Virus record (IMG/VR): IMGVR_UViG_3300046370_000202
Direction: 5' to 3' (one strand)
Length of the DNA: 64,000 nucleotides
From: a virus
The notes under the pieces were generated by a model, which saw only the letters and a list, made by a program, of their open reading frames with translations, was not told the origin of the DNA and did not search any database. The first letter of the stretch is position 1. Each line of letters begins with the position of its first letter. Shown here piece after piece: positions 49,012 through 61,700 of this stretch. A program made the position numbers and the translations under genes.

Positions 49012-49961
49012 TATGACAACCTAAAAATTTCAATATTGAAGGCAACATCGGTTGAACTTTGATTAGTAATACTTATAGTATTACCAGAAAAAGATGATGA
49101 TATCCCATTCGGGTCGGCACTAGGAAATAATCCTACAGCATATTGAGAGGTGTTAGTGACGTTTGGTATTGTTATTTGAGTAGTTCCGCCCGCAGTAGCT
49201 GTCGCAGCAAAACTTAATTCTTGTTTGTTTAACACAACATCAACTTTAGAAGATATTATTAACGTTTGATTTTCATTAAAAATCTCCAATCCATACCCTG
49301 TGCCCGAACCTATAGGTGTTGGTCTTTCGTCCGCATCACTATTCGTTGTTGTTCCACCACCACCATCAACAACATTAACGATGTTCATAGTACCAGACTG
49401 TTTGGTTAAAGATGTACCAGACACTGTCCCAGAAACAGTAACTTTAAATGATTCATTCGACTCACTCAATGAATCAGTCGATAATACAACTGAAAAGGTA
49501 CCAGTATTATTAGATATGTTTACTGTTCCTGTCACTGAAGAAAAGTCAGAGTTAGAGGTCGTTACATTATTAATCGCCCAGTTAAGTTGAGTTGTTCCCG
49601 AAGGGAAATTGGCAGTATTGACATCAAAACTTATTGTATCACCTTCAGAATGCCAAGCTGATCCATTACTAGGAGAAATTGTAGTGATAGAAGGTGTGGA
49701 ACCGCTACCACCGCCCCCACCACTACTAGCACTATTGCTTATAGAGTAGTAAGTCGAAGTGGAAGTTCCAACAAATGGACTGGTGGTTGTTACTGTTTCT
49801 TCAACATCACCTCTTGTGTAAGTGGTACCTTCGAATACAAAAGAAGATGCGTCTGACGGAGTAACTGTGGCACTAACACCATCATATGCAATGAAAGCAC
49901 CAAATTGACTAGAAACCCAATAGTAATATGGAGCAGTTGTCCTTGAATATTGAAACGACAT
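49011..49961 (-). CDS. Modular tail-tip accessory protein: tip domain, Calx-beta/Ig-like domain, YGL module
   Basis: N-terminal YYW...GTTYTRG...YYSI domain; Gly/Ser linker; EGDTISF....DF...TGTV.I.....D...E.NESF.V; GYGLEIFNEN. Confidence 0.65.
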   Translation of the reverse strand: MSFQYSRTTAPYYYWVSSQFGAFIAYDGVSATVTPSDASSFVFEGTTYTRGDVEETVTTTSPFVGTSTSTYYSISNSASSGGGGGSGSTPSITTISPSNGSAWHSEGDTISFDVNTANFPSGTTQLNWAINNVTTSNSDFSSVTGTVNISNNTGTFSVVLSTDSLSESNESFKVTVSGTVSGTSLTKQSGTMNIVNVVDGGGGTTTNSDADERPTPIGSGTGYGLEIFNENQTLIISSKVDVVLNKQELSFAATATAGGTTQITIPNVTNTSQYAVGLFPSADPNGISSSFSGNTISITNQSSTDVAFNIEIFRLS

Positions 49962-49962
49962 A

Positions 49963-51471
49963 TTATGTTAACTTCCCTAACTTAATTCTTGTGGCTCCAT
50001 TCGCGTCACTAATAGTGATCAAGTTTCCTTTGATGTTCATAGAACCGTCGTCATCTGAAGTAGTAACGTCGATTTCGCCTGTCACTTTCGCATTAGAAAG
50101 TTCTACACCTTCAGCAGTAACACTAAACGGAGCAGTACCATTACCAGTTCCATCTGTAGGTAGAATCTTGAATGTATCTGCGGTAATTTCAAAGTCTGCC
50201 GTGGTACCGTTGTTACCGAACTTAATACCTGCAACCTTTGGATTGCTCTCGGTTCCTGCAACAAGATCGATACCCCACGTTGCTGTAGTATTACCTTCCG
50301 AGTCAATCAACGCAGTAAGCGTTTGCGTTGCTTGTGAGATGTCACTATCAATTTTAGCAATTAAGTCGGTCTGCATTTGGGTGGTGACGGAAGTGATTTT
50401 TCCATCGACTGTAGTAATCTGACTTTCTAAAGCACTCTTTGCTTCGGCAACCGCTGTCGTTACATTACCATTCTCATCTGTCACGAATACATTGTTATTA
50501 AGAGTTGTTATATCCGACGCCAGTGCAGTGACTCTATTTTCAGAGGAATCGTACTCTGTACGAGAAATTAATTCTGATTGTGCTTCAGATAAAGCTTCAA
50601 CTCTTGTGTTTAGATCTGAATCAACAACCGCTAGTCCCGTCTCTAATTCTACAATCTTTGCCGCTTCAATTACCAGTTTGTCACTATCCGCGTTCATGCG
50701 AATTGTTAACGTGTCTCCTGCCCCTGCCATTGCAGAGTCGATCATCTCTGGAGTAATGTTGATGCCGTCTTGAATAAACTGATCTAAAGTAAGTCCTAGA
50801 GAGTCGACCGATTCTAGAATTACACTCAGACCATCTGAGTTCACATTAATCCTAGAAGTCAACGAGGAGACTGCGCTAGTGTTGATATCAATTCTTTCGT
50901 TGGTGTCCGAATTAAATAGTAATAGGTTGTTCTCAACGCTGTCGATGATGCCAGCGAAAGAAACAATCTGATCGCTGTTTGCTTCGATGCGTGAGATGAT
51001 TGAAGTATTAGCACTAGCGATGGCTGATGCGAGAAGGTCAGAGTCTATCCCACCAAGGACCATATTATCTAAAGAAGCTTGGGTTTGGATCAAGGCTTGT
51101 GATAAAACAAGAATTCCAGAATCGGTGTTATCGATACGGGACTCTAATGTAAAGATAGCAGAGGCGTTCGCTTGAATATCAGAATCATTTACGTTTGTAT
51201 TGATCGTGAACTGTTGAAGGTAATCTTCGTTGATCACTGTTAGGAAATAGTTCGAATCAAGGAACGTCGCCATGAAGTCGTTGAAGACCGAAGAATCCAA
51301 ATAATTATTGATTAAATTATTCGTCTCTCCAGTATCTACACCACCAGACTCGGTCGGTGTCGGTAAAGGAATATCTCCCGTTACAATACCATCGAAGTTC
51401 TGATTTATTTTTAGAACAGCGGCGTTAATATTGTCTGCAAGATTGACTACTTGTATGTTACTCATTTGCAT
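49963..51471 (-). CDS. Coiled-coil fibre with DUF1983 / lambda-J-like C-terminus
   Basis: N-terminal D......KINQNF anchor motif; C-terminal VAGIKFG....ADFEITADTFKI...APFSV...RIKLGKL. True start may be ATG 51465. Confidence 0.72.
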   Translation of the reverse strand: MQMSNIQVVNLADNINAAVLKINQNFDGIVTGDIPLPTPTESGGVDTGETNNLINNYLDSSVFNDFMATFLDSNYFLTVINEDYLQQFTINTNVNDSDIQANASAIFTLESRIDNTDSGILVLSQALIQTQASLDNMVLGGIDSDLLASAIASANTSIISRIEANSDQIVSFAGIIDSVENNLLLFNSDTNERIDINTSAVSSLTSRINVNSDGLSVILESVDSLGLTLDQFIQDGINITPEMIDSAMAGAGDTLTIRMNADSDKLVIEAAKIVELETGLAVVDSDLNTRVEALSEAQSELISRTEYDSSENRVTALASDITTLNNNVFVTDENGNVTTAVAEAKSALESQITTVDGKITSVTTQMQTDLIAKIDSDISQATQTLTALIDSEGNTTATWGIDLVAGTESNPKVAGIKFGNNGTTADFEITADTFKILPTDGTGNGTAPFSVTAEGVELSNAKVTGEIDVTTSDDDGSMNIKGNLITISDANGATRIKLGKLT

Positions 51472-51691
51472 TACCTGCTAATTTTAAGAGCAAGTCTTTT
51501 ATTTGACTCATATCTTCTTTTAATCCTCTGACATCTTTCGTGAGAGATTCTATTTGATTTTGTCGTTCGTGATATATTCTATCACGTTTTCTCGCGTTAT
51601 CTATCTCGGACCTGTTTGTATTTAGTATAGCTCCAGTACGACTGTCTCGTACTAAATTACTATGTCCCTCTACTTTTAAGTGTTTATTCAT
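51458..51691 (-). CDS. Conserved small protein following the DUF4815-like gene
   Basis: KVEGHSNLVRD..TGAILN plus a C-terminal coiled coil, typical of marine T4-like phages. Confidence 0.75.
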   Translation of the reverse strand: MNKHLKVEGHSNLVRDSRTGAILNTNRSEIDNARKRDRIYHERQNQIESLTKDVRGLKEDMSQIKDLLLKLAGNANE

Positions 51692-51696
51692 AAGAC

Positions 51697-54600
51697 TTAG
51701 TGATGCGCAACGTCAGTTCCATCTTCGGAATCTGACCCTGTACTGTCACCACTGCCTCCTGCACCCGAAGTGCCAGAACTTTGTGCTGGGGTTAACTCTC
51801 TAGAGATGCGGTGATAGAATATTGAGATGCCGGGATTACTCTGGTCTAATTCTTCTAGATCACCCTTGAAGTAAGTGTACCCATCATTAGCGTCAATAGA
51901 TACAATTTGTGTATCATCAAGACCTTGTGTTTGAGAAAGGTCATATGTTATACTAGATCCATTCCAATAAATGCTAGCTATATTAAATTCGTCACCGCCG
52001 CTTATTATTTGAGAGATAGAGAAATAATACTGAGGTGCTGTTCTAGAATAGAAATCGAGTTCCGGTTCAGGTTCTGGTTCGGGCTCTGGTTCTGGTTCAG
52101 GACCTGGCTCAGGTTCGGGCTCTGGTTCTGGTTCAGGACCTGGCTCAGGTTCCGGTTCTGGTTCGGGTTCTGGTTCAGGTTGTGGTTCGGGTTCTGGACT
52201 TGGAGCAGGAGTATCTACTGGGTTCAAGTCTAGGTCAAACAACTCTCCAAACTTCTGCAGTCCGCTAGCAGTGATCAAAGAGATTGCACGAAGGTCTGTA
52301 ATCATCGGAGACTTAGATGAATTGTCAGACTTCATTACAATCATGACTTGGAACACAGTAAATGGTTCTGCGTCTAGTGTGTACTCATAGTCACGGAAAA
52401 TGTCCGGATTCTCATCTGTAGGCATTGGTGTGTCAATTTCAATTTTCGCCCACAACGCATCAGCAAATGCGTTCTCATCTAGAGATGTACGTGCGTACAC
52501 TTCAAACTCTGCACCACGTGCTCGGTTCGCTGCGAAGATAATTTTGAGACCTTCTGACAACTCATCAATGATCACAGGTGTTGTAATGTGTTGAGTTGCG
52601 TTTCCATTATCGATGACATTTTCTAGAGTAACTACAGAAACTCTTTGTAGATCAATCACAGGGGAAACTTTAGGGTCGCCCGTTGACATATCTAATTTGA
52701 ATTTTAATGTTTTTACGGGAGAGTTGTCTGAGGTAGCGACAACATTCGGATTCGTATTTACATTTAGGTCATTGAGCGACACGCTTTGTATTTTACTTAC
52801 AGGAGGATCCTGTGTATATGAGTGTTGTTGAAATGTACGACTAGACCCATACGAATCCGCCAGAGCTTTAGTTACGGTAGGTTGAATACTTGTAGACCTA
52901 GGTGAGAAAGACTGCACTTGTGGAATATATTGATCATAAACCACCTGTTGAGTTGCCGTGACGTTATTACCACCACCTTGCGCAGAACTTGTTGCTGCAG
53001 CCGGTGCGGTAATGGTATACCCTTCCCACGTCGGAGATTCTACAACAAATGATCCTGTAAGTTTGTCGGGAGTAAGTCCGCCCACATTACTTGATACGTC
53101 TGATAAGACGACAACATCACCACTACTAAATCCATGCCCTTGGTGTTGCACTTTAACTTTATTTGATCCTGCTTCAATAGTTTCAAACGGACTCTGAATC
53201 AAAGTCACTTTAGGTAACTCTGCATTCTCTAAGTGTAGTACACCAGAAGGAGCAAATTCTGCGCGATCCAGTTTAAACATCAAATCCTTAGTTTGATCTG
53301 GAGTCCACGTTGATCCGTTCTGCGACAAGAACAGAGAACCTAGTGTTGGTTGACGTGATACTCTGGCTTCACGAGAAGGTCCTACAACAAACTCATAAGT
53401 CTGTGCGGTATATACATTATAATCTACAGACTCAGCAAGTAGTACTATAGCATATTCTTCGCCAGGAGTCAAGTAAATTGGTTCATCAAATACAACTTCT
53501 GTTCCTCTTTCAGACAGGTAATCTATACCCTGTTCTTGTGCGTCTGCTAAAGGTGTCACCATGATATCTTCTGAATTGACAAACTTTACTGCGCCTGGTA
53601 CAATACGATTTGTAGGTACGCCATTCTCTACTGCTCGGATTTGAACTTGCATAGGAATGACAGAGTCTTTACTCTCAACATAAACATGTGCTTTGGTGAT
53701 AAAGATGCCGTTTGGATTTTCTACTTGATCAACAAAGAATGTCTGCGCAAGTGGATCTCGCCAATAAGTTGTTTCAACAATACGCGTTGTACGCATAGTA
53801 CGTTGTATTGTCTCGATAGTACCCACCGAAGTGTATCCTGCGCGACTGACCGCAGTAGAATCTTCTTCATTGTTTTTGCTGATGTCAAGTAGTTTAAATT
53901 CTTGCCGACCAGTTCTAAAGCTAATATCTGGAGTGTTGGGTAAGAAGAAAGAACCTATCAGTTCTCCTTTATCGTCAGTTACTAGGTCGCCTTTGCCGCC
54001 TAATTCGGTAGGATATTCGGTTGCATTAGAATATTGATTGCCGTATTCGGTTGGGTCGTCAGAGAAGTTGACATAAGTAGACTCTGGTCTTACCCAATCA
54101 TTCACATCTTTGTTGCCAAAGAAAGCCCACATAGGACTATTAGGCCTCAATCCCTGTACCCTAAATGATATTTTGCGAGAACGCATGAAAGGAATAATCT
54201 CCACATCCAGAATGCGTTCTCCTATAAATTCTTGAATTGTTTTTGACGTTACTTTAGATCTAATTTTATTATTAGGTCTTGAGAAGAAAGTAGGCAAATA
54301 AGTCGTAATACGACGTACAACATTCTGCATTATATCGGGCAGTCTTTTAGTCTCTACCCATTCGTCAGATGACGGAGACAATGTCATATGTCCGTTAGAA
54401 GTGATAACCGCAAAAGGGTTAATGTTGTCTGTACCAGTCGCTAATAGTTGAGATATTATTGTAACGTTTGTATGAGGTAGAGTAACAAGGTCTCCTTTCT
54501 TAGAGGCGGTATTTTGTATGTTGGTTGCATCATACATTAAACGTACAGAATTTTCCACGAATGATGGACGCAATAAACCATCCGGATCTACCGATGCTCT

Positions 54601-57276
54601 ATAAGCAGGATTATGCACGTCAGAAAAGTTCAGTGTGCTAAAGTTATCCGCAATGAATCCCGCTTTGGTACGAGGGTTGCCGTTCGCATCTAATACTTGT
54701 AAGACGTTGGTATTAGTCTCAAGGAAACTCAATGCAGTCAACTCGTACAATGTCTCTACGCGATCAGACAACTTAGAGATGTCTTTCATTGTGAACCGGC
54801 GATTAGGTATGTATGTGCTGATCACATCCGAACGGTCGAATGTGTATGCGTTCAACGTGAACTTGTATAACGCTAATGATCCTGCGGGCGTCTCTGGTTC
54901 GCGTGGATCAATAGATGGTTGACCCTGAATAACTTGTAATTCCCCAAAACCTATATCTCCACGACTGTCTGTAGAGTTCACTACAAGAATATCCGTACGC
55001 GGTAAGTAGTAATCAACTTGATTAATTATAATCGATGAGGCGTTCTGTGGCAACTCGATGATATCAAAAGAGTCTTGTGGCTGAACAACATCTCTATCTG
55101 GTCTGAAATCTAGTACATCGCGTAAAGAGATTGTCTCTCCAGTGCTAATTGTGGTGTGTGAAGGGATATCTTCATATGCTAGTCCAGTGTATGAACTCGC
55201 AGCAAAGAATTTGCCACCATCTATACGTTCGAAGTACTCAAAGGAAATTTCTATTGATACGTTAGGTCCGTGTGGGATAGTGTATCCTTCTTTTACGAAA
55301 GCTTTTGCGATATCATAATAGTTGTCTCGTTGACCGCCATCTAAATCAAACTGGAATGTGATGTCTGTAGTTGTACTACCGTTAGTTAGTTGGACAGATG
55401 TTATTGAAATCGCGTCGACAACCGACAAAGAAATATGCGTTGTTTCTTGAGTCACATTTATTGTTTTCGACCCCGTAGTGACTGTTTTTGTTTTAGGGGA
55501 GATAGACTCTTGCTTAAAGTATGCGATCGCATATGTCTTATTGTCATCTAATCCGGAATACGTTGATGAATTATCAGAATTGGGTGTAGGGGCAATTTTA
55601 AGAATTGGTCCGTTTACTTCTGAAATTATCCAACTAGAAGATTCAACACCCGCAATAGTAATTACCCCGCCAGATGGCTGGTCTGTTCTAAATTTTTGTG
55701 ATGTGTAAGAAGCGCCTTGAATGCTGTTTTGTTCCGGAGATTTATATGGCAACGCGAATAACAGATCGTTATTAGATGTTCCATATAGTGTGGTATCAAA
55801 TGTAAGCGGTGTTTGGTCTGAATCTGTATCGAAAGATAAAGGTCTTAGTGGGATATCATTTCCAAATTCATCCTGTAAATATCTTACACCTGAGAATGGG
55901 TAACGAGCACTAGTTACGACAGTCTGGCCGTCGCTGTCAGTATACTCAATTTTATCCATTTTAATGTCAAAGACATACAAGCGATAACCTACACCATCTC
56001 TTTGAATTCCTCTAATGTGTGCGGTTCCTAACAATTGTGTGACTTCTTGATAAACTCCAAATAAGTTTACTTTGCCAAATGTGCCTAGTTGACCGAACCC
56101 TTCAGTACGATCTGGATCAATGTATACCCAGTTTCCATATACAGCAGGTACCGCCTCTTGTGTCTGTGTTCGCGTCTCACGGGCTTTAGGTACAGTTATG
56201 TCAGTAGTACCTACTTCTAAACGATAACCGTCTACGTACGCGACACCCTCTGTAACGTCTAAGTTTAGACTTGTGCCATCTTCTTCTAGGTCTTCAAAGA
56301 TAGCTCTAAACTCTTCGACAACATAGTCGCCAGATTCTTCTTTCGTGCGAAGTGCCAGTAGATCATTGACACGATTATATGCGTCAAATGTACTAATCTC
56401 TCGTGTAATCACGCCGTTAACGATACGAGCAACGAATACAAAGTTATCTTCTCCGGCCTCTTTACGTGTAGACGGAATTAGTTTAATCTGATAACGATCT
56501 GCGCCTGGGGCGGTTCTATCAGGAACTTCGCCTTGATTGTCGTATAACTTTGGATCTTCGTTTGATGACGGTCCACCCGCTTTGACTATATTCTGTTCTA
56601 TCTTAAATCCAAAGTCTACTGTGGGAGTGCCACTATACTTGTCAACGAATGTGCTGCCGCCACTTAGATATACAAAATGTCCTTGTACAAAAAAGTCCCC
56701 CGACGAAAAATATGCTTTAGTCGATTTACCCGAAGCTGGAATAACAAGATCTAGTCCATCATCTCCAGTGACTATCGTATCTGGACCTACGACCATGTTA
56801 ACTCCACCAGTGCCATCTGCAAAAGATAGAACATTGGTGGCGTCTACACGAGGAGAAATGGTTGTATCAGTAACACCTAATGTGCTTGTATATTGTACGT
56901 ATAGTGTAGCTGGATCGCCTGTAGGATTTGATGGATTGGGAACAACCGCATCATGCAACTCTATAATCTTAAACTCGACTTCACCATTCGTCAACACATC
57001 CCCAACGGAAGCACTTGTAATATCACTGCCGGACGTTAATCTAATATACTCCAATCCATTATCTACAGTCGCACCGCCTGGATTGACCATCGCACCTTCT
57101 TTAAAGATGTTCTGACCGAATCGTGCGATTTCTTCTTGAATGATTGTTTGTTGTTCGATTAGTTCACGAGCTTGAAGCGCACGACCGGAATTGTATAGGA
57201 CACGATAGTAACCGTCATTCGCGTCATAGAAATCGCGATATGTTTCTCTGAACGTTTTGTTTGTAAAATCTACCAT
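51697..57276 (-). CDS. Large baseplate structural protein (DUF4815/VrlC-like) with added (EP)n linker and C-terminal tip domain
   Basis: [86 protein letters not shown]...DLMF. Confidence 0.88.
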   Translation of the reverse strand: MVDFTNKTFRETYRDFYDANDGYYRVLYNSGRALQARELIEQQTIIQEEIARFGQNIFKEGAMVNPGGATVDNGLEYIRLTSGSDITSASVGDVLTNGEVEFKIIELHDAVVPNPSNPTGDPATLYVQYTSTLGVTDTTISPRVDATNVLSFADGTGGVNMVVGPDTIVTGDDGLDLVIPASGKSTKAYFSSGDFFVQGHFVYLSGGSTFVDKYSGTPTVDFGFKIEQNIVKAGGPSSNEDPKLYDNQGEVPDRTAPGADRYQIKLIPSTRKEAGEDNFVFVARIVNGVITREISTFDAYNRVNDLLALRTKEESGDYVVEEFRAIFEDLEEDGTSLNLDVTEGVAYVDGYRLEVGTTDITVPKARETRTQTQEAVPAVYGNWVYIDPDRTEGFGQLGTFGKVNLFGVYQEVTQLLGTAHIRGIQRDGVGYRLYVFDIKMDKIEYTDSDGQTVVTSARYPFSGVRYLQDEFGNDIPLRPLSFDTDSDQTPLTFDTTLYGTSNNDLLFALPYKSPEQNSIQGASYTSQKFRTDQPSGGVITIAGVESSSWIISEVNGPILKIAPTPNSDNSSTYSGLDDNKTYAIAYFKQESISPKTKTVTTGSKTINVTQETTHISLSVVDAISITSVQLTNGSTTTDITFQFDLDGGQRDNYYDIAKAFVKEGYTIPHGPNVSIEISFEYFERIDGGKFFAASSYTGLAYEDIPSHTTISTGETISLRDVLDFRPDRDVVQPQDSFDIIELPQNASSIIINQVDYYLPRTDILVVNSTDSRGDIGFGELQVIQGQPSIDPREPETPAGSLALYKFTLNAYTFDRSDVISTYIPNRRFTMKDISKLSDRVETLYELTALSFLETNTNVLQVLDANGNPRTKAGFIADNFSTLNFSDVHNPAYRASVDPDGLLRPSFVENSVRLMYDATNIQNTASKKGDLVTLPHTNVTIISQLLATGTDNINPFAVITSNGHMTLSPSSDEWVETKRLPDIMQNVVRRITTYLPTFFSRPNNKIRSKVTSKTIQEFIGERILDVEIIPFMRSRKISFRVQGLRPNSPMWAFFGNKDVNDWVRPESTYVNFSDDPTEYGNQYSNATEYPTELGGKGDLVTDDKGELIGSFFLPNTPDISFRTGRQEFKLLDISKNNEEDSTAVSRAGYTSVGTIETIQRTMRTTRIVETTYWRDPLAQTFFVDQVENPNGIFITKAHVYVESKDSVIPMQVQIRAVENGVPTNRIVPGAVKFVNSEDIMVTPLADAQEQGIDYLSERGTEVVFDEPIYLTPGEEYAIVLLAESVDYNVYTAQTYEFVVGPSREARVSRQPTLGSLFLSQNGSTWTPDQTKDLMFKLDRAEFAPSGVLHLENAELPKVTLIQSPFETIEAGSNKVKVQHQGHGFSSGDVVVLSDVSSNVGGLTPDKLTGSFVVESPTWEGYTITAPAAATSSAQGGGNNVTATQQVVYDQYIPQVQSFSPRSTSIQPTVTKALADSYGSSRTFQQHSYTQDPPVSKIQSVSLNDLNVNTNPNVVATSDNSPVKTLKFKLDMSTGDPKVSPVIDLQRVSVVTLENVIDNGNATQHITTPVIIDELSEGLKIIFAANRARGAEFEVYARTSLDENAFADALWAKIEIDTPMPTDENPDIFRDYEYTLDAEPFTVFQVMIVMKSDNSSKSPMITDLRAISLITASGLQKFGELFDLDLNPVDTPAPSPEPEPQPEPEPEPEPEPEPGPEPEPEPEPEPGPEPEPEPEPEPEPELDFYSRTAPQYYFSISQIISGGDEFNIASIYWNGSSITYDLSQTQGLDDTQIVSIDANDGYTYFKGDLEELDQSNPGISIFYHRISRELTPAQSSGTSGAGGSGDSTGSDSEDGTDVAHH
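52059..52196 (-). repeat. Pro-Glu coding repeat (linker)
   Basis: [12 protein letters not shown]...PGPEPE tract. Confidence 0.9.
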
Positions 57277-57284
57277 GATTAATC

Positions 57285-58676
57285 CTATACAGTAATTACT
57301 ATTTTAATGTCTTCTTGTTGCTCTTCATCACGTCGAATGCGCGCTCGATTCTCAATATATAGCACGTCACCACTGGAACGATCAATGACATTTTTTAAAT
57401 TAATGCTATCAATTTCTCCAACTAAAACGACCCCTGTTTGAGTAACAGCTTCGCCAGATACAAATTGTTCAAATCCTGTCGATAGGTTTTGATGATAAAA
57501 AACTTCATTTCCTAAACTATCATCAACATATGCACGTGCACCAGACTGTGCGCCTACGATTTCTTTGCCTTTATCAAATGGAGAATCATTGACCAGTACA
57601 AGTGAAGATAACACTTTTGCAGAAGTGTTGGTATAAGGAATTGGATTACCTTCGGTATCTAAATCTAAAGACAATGGATTTTTAATAAGTCCCATTTGAC
57701 GAAATGAATTCTGTACAATAAATGTATCTGCTACGGTGCCGTCTGGTTTGATATTGACCATTACAGAACTTGTTTTTAAATCGTCTATAGGATCATAGCC
57801 CAAACCTTTCATGGTCGTAACGACCGCTTCTACTACAGAAGGCGATGATCCGTCCACAATTTCAAAGGATGCATACGTATAACCAGATCCATAGTTTGTC
57901 ATGTTTACCCCGACAAGGTTTCCCTCTTCGTCAATGACTGATACTGCGGCCGCGGTTCCATCACCATCACCATGAATATAAACTGTTGGGGGATTAGATT
58001 GTGAATATCCGGTACCTGCTGTTACGATCCGGGCTCGAATAATTTGTCCCCCTACTGCAGATGATTTTACCTGATACTGTAAATCTTCGATCGGGTCACC
58101 CACAGCTAAAGAATCTTCAGATTCCTGTATAGGCATATGGTTAGAAGATAAAAATTGGTAGATGTTTTCTGGTGTTAGAGAATATAGAAACTTCCAAACG
58201 TACCCGTCAGAAGTAGTAAAAGGTTTCCAATACTCTGCTTCATTATCCGCATTTCTGTCTGCATCTAACCCATAATTAGGTTCGATAATCGATGGTACTG
58301 GGTCACCTGTTGCATTAAAGGATGGAGATAGACACACATAAACTTCTTTCGCGTCCGTCAGTACGTAGAAGGGCGTCCAGTTCTCATCAATATCTGATTT
58401 AACACTATCGTCCCATCCAGAGTAGACTGAACCATATGACCAGTTTACACGTTTAACAACCAGAGTAGATCCTTCGACCTTTTTGATCGACTGTAGGTTG
58501 TTTCTGAATTCACGTTCTTCCCGTAAACAATCGACAGGGTCAATCACAGAGTCGGCTTGATTAAAGGTATCGCATTTACCGATACCGATATAATACTCAT
58601 TGCTAGAATTCTGAACATCTGTCAGAAGATCACGCGCCAGAGTCCTGCTCATTGTTTGTCTTACTATAGCTGGCAT
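57285..58676 (-). CDS. gp8: Baseplate wedge protein gp8
   Basis: RVNWSYG.VY, FYVLT...[46 protein letters not shown]. Confidence 0.92.
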   Translation of the reverse strand: MPAIVRQTMSRTLARDLLTDVQNSSNEYYIGIGKCDTFNQADSVIDPVDCLREEREFRNNLQSIKKVEGSTLVVKRVNWSYGSVYSGWDDSVKSDIDENWTPFYVLTDAKEVYVCLSPSFNATGDPVPSIIEPNYGLDADRNADNEAEYWKPFTTSDGYVWKFLYSLTPENIYQFLSSNHMPIQESEDSLAVGDPIEDLQYQVKSSAVGGQIIRARIVTAGTGYSQSNPPTVYIHGDGDGTAAAVSVIDEEGNLVGVNMTNYGSGYTYASFEIVDGSSPSVVEAVVTTMKGLGYDPIDDLKTSSVMVNIKPDGTVADTFIVQNSFRQMGLIKNPLSLDLDTEGNPIPYTNTSAKVLSSLVLVNDSPFDKGKEIVGAQSGARAYVDDSLGNEVFYHQNLSTGFEQFVSGEAVTQTGVVLVGEIDSINLKNVIDRSSGDVLYIENRARIRRDEEQQEDIKIVITV

Positions 58677-58732
58677 TTTCTTTTCCTGTAAAAAACCTTA
58701 TCTTATATATAGGGGGTTTGTTAAAATTTATA

Positions 58733-61700
58733 TTATAATAAACCGATTTTGACACGAAGACCAGATCCATCATAGATCTTAATACCGTCATCGGTAATTT
58801 CTGTACGCGCACCTGACTGTCCGACACCGACGTTTAGGTTTCCTTTTACCTGAGTGTCTTGTAGTTCTACCACTCCGTCAGTGACCTTGAATGGTGCGGT
58901 ACCATTACCACTACCTGTTCTTACTTGGAAGTCACGTGCGGTGATTATAAACTCAGAAACACTGTCAGTTGATGCTCCATCGGTAGAGTTTCTCAACTCA
59001 AACCCAGTGAACTCTCCGTTAGCGTTTAGCCCAACTGTGTATCTTTGATCGATATTGATTAATCCGTTTTCATTTGCTGTGACGCGGTTTTCAAGAGATT
59101 GTGTAGCCGTCGCGACGACACCTTCCACGTCAGCGTCTAGAACATAACCCGCACTCTGAATGGTAGCGATATTACCTTCCGTGGCGTCGATTCTTCCGGA
59201 TAATGTGCTGGTCGTTCCTACTGTAGCATAAGTTCCGTTTAAGTCTAATTCAGATTCAAAAGATGTTATCTCAGCGTTAACGATTGAAGTTATTGCTTCG
59301 GAAGAAAGTATCTGAGATTCTAGTTCTTGTTTCGCAGTATTAACGGCACTTGTTAGTTCTCCGCCTGTCACCCGATCAAGAGACTGGTCAAAGGTTGTGA
59401 TCTTAGTATCGATTAAACTATTGACCTCAGCGTCTGTTCGAATTTCTGACCGAAGTTCATCTTTTGCATTGCTAACTAAAGTTGCAGCGACTCCAGCGGT
59501 CTCATAGTTGAGTGTTCCAGAAAACTCAGTAATCTTAGTATTAACGATTGCTGTCGCTTCAGCATTGTCTAATAACTCAGATCTTAGTTCATCCTTGGCG
59601 CTGTTAACGGCGGAAGTCAATTCACCGTCAGTGACTCGGTCAAGAGACTGGTCAAAGGTTGTGATCTTGGTATCGATTAAAGAATTAATCTCGCCGTTGG
59701 TTCGAATTTCTGACCGAAGTTCATCCTTAGCGGCGCTAACTAGAGATGAAGCAACACCTGCTGTTTCGTAATTCAGGGTACCAGAAAACTCCGTGATCTT
59801 AGTATTGACAATAGCGGTTGCTTCAGCATTGTCTAATAACTCAGATCTTAGTTCATCCTTGGCGCTGTTGACAGCATTGGTTAGTTCTCCATCCGTGACT
59901 CGGTCTAAGCTTTGGTCGAATGTTGTGATCTTGGTATCGATTAAAGAATTAATCTCGCCGTTGGTTCGGATTTCAGATCTTAGTTCATCTTTGGCGTCAC
60001 TGACCAATGAAGCTGCGACACCTGCTGTTTCATAATTTAAAGTTCCAGAAAACTCTGTGATCTTAGTATTAACGATTGCTGTTGCTTCAGCATTGTCTAA
60101 TAGTTCTGACCTAAGTTCATCCTTGGCGCTGTTGACGGCACTCGTTAGTTCTCCGTCTGTAACCCGATCAAGTGACTGATCGAATGTCGTGATCTTAGTA
60201 TCGATTAGAGTATTAATCTCACCGTCGGTGCGTATCTCAGACCTCAGTTCATCTTTTGCATTGCTAACTAAAGTTGCAGCGACTCCAGCGGTCTCGTAAT
60301 TCAGGGTACCAGAAAACTCTGTGATCTTAGTATTAACGATTGCTGTCGCTTCAGCATTGTCCAATAGTTCTGCCCTAAGTTCATCTTTAACTGAATTTGT
60401 CGCAGAGGTCAATTCACCATCTGTTACCCGATCAAGTGACTGATCGAATGTCGTGATCTTAGTATCGATTAGAGTATTAATTTCTCCATCTGTTCGTATT
60501 TCAGATCTCAACTCGTCCTTAGCGTCGCTGACTAATGTAGCGGCCACTCCAGCAGTTTCATAATTGAGTGTGCCTGAGAACTCTGTGATCTTAGTATTGA
60601 CAATAGCGGTTGCTTCAGCATTGTCTAATAGTTCTGCTCTAAGCTCATCTTTAACCGTGTTCGTTGCGGAAGTCAATTCACCATCTGTTACCCGATCAAG
60701 AGACTGATCAAACTCAGTAATTTTAGTGTTGATTAAATTATTGATTTCCCCATCAGTACGTATTTCACTACGTAGCTGATCAGTCGCATCATTGACTAAT
60801 ACAGTTACTTCAGAATCAGTAGCATAAGAAACACCCTGATTTATTTCTGTGATCTTAGTATCAATTAAAGAATTGATTTCGCCATCAGTACGTATCTCAG
60901 ACCGCAATTCATCCTTGGCATCACTGACTAAAGTTGCAGCGACACCTGCTTGTTCGTATGTTAGTGAACTACTAAACTCTGTAATCTTACTGTTGACAAT
61001 TGATGTGATTTCGGAGTCCGATCTTATCTCAGACCTTAATGCATCTTCGACAGAAGTAGTCGCTGTAACGACAAAATCGGAATCTATCGCATTAAGTAAT
61101 TCTTGTTCTACTGAAGTTACCCTACCGCCTAACGCAAACAGTTCATCTGAGTTTTGTCCAACAAGAGCATAGAGATCATCAGTAGTGCTCGATAAAATAG
61201 CAACCACCAAATCAGAATCTATACCTTCTTGCAAAGCCGCGTCTAATTGCAGGACCCTTTGAGAGATAACAACTAAGTCACTATCTGTCTGTATGATTTG
61301 AGTTGCCATACTATCAAGGGCAAGTCCATTCGCTTGAATTCCTGCACGTAAGTCGCTCTCATCAATAGCATCCAAAGAAACTTCTAGTTGAGTGACGCTT
61401 TGTGATAATATCGATATACCACTATCGTTTTGTTGAACTAACGTTTCAAGTGACTGTCTGGCTCCGGCTTCTGCGTCGATGCGCACACCTAGATCTGAAT
61501 CTATCGATGCGATCTGTGAACCTAGATTAGTAATTTGAGAAGACTGAGAGACTATATTGCCTTCTGTCTGTTCAACACGTGTTTCTAATAAATTTGTCGC
61601 CGTCGAGTTCGCAGAAATGGACGTACCTAAGTTTGAGTCGAGTTGATTTAATTCGCTACTCAACGATGTGATTCTTTGAGACTCTACAGATATGCTGTTT

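Noticed and set aside
58630-58827. 65-aa minus-strand ORF and a TATAAGAT late-promoter-like word near 58700
   Set aside because: The ORF overlaps both neighbours out of frame, and the motif is too far from consensus to call.
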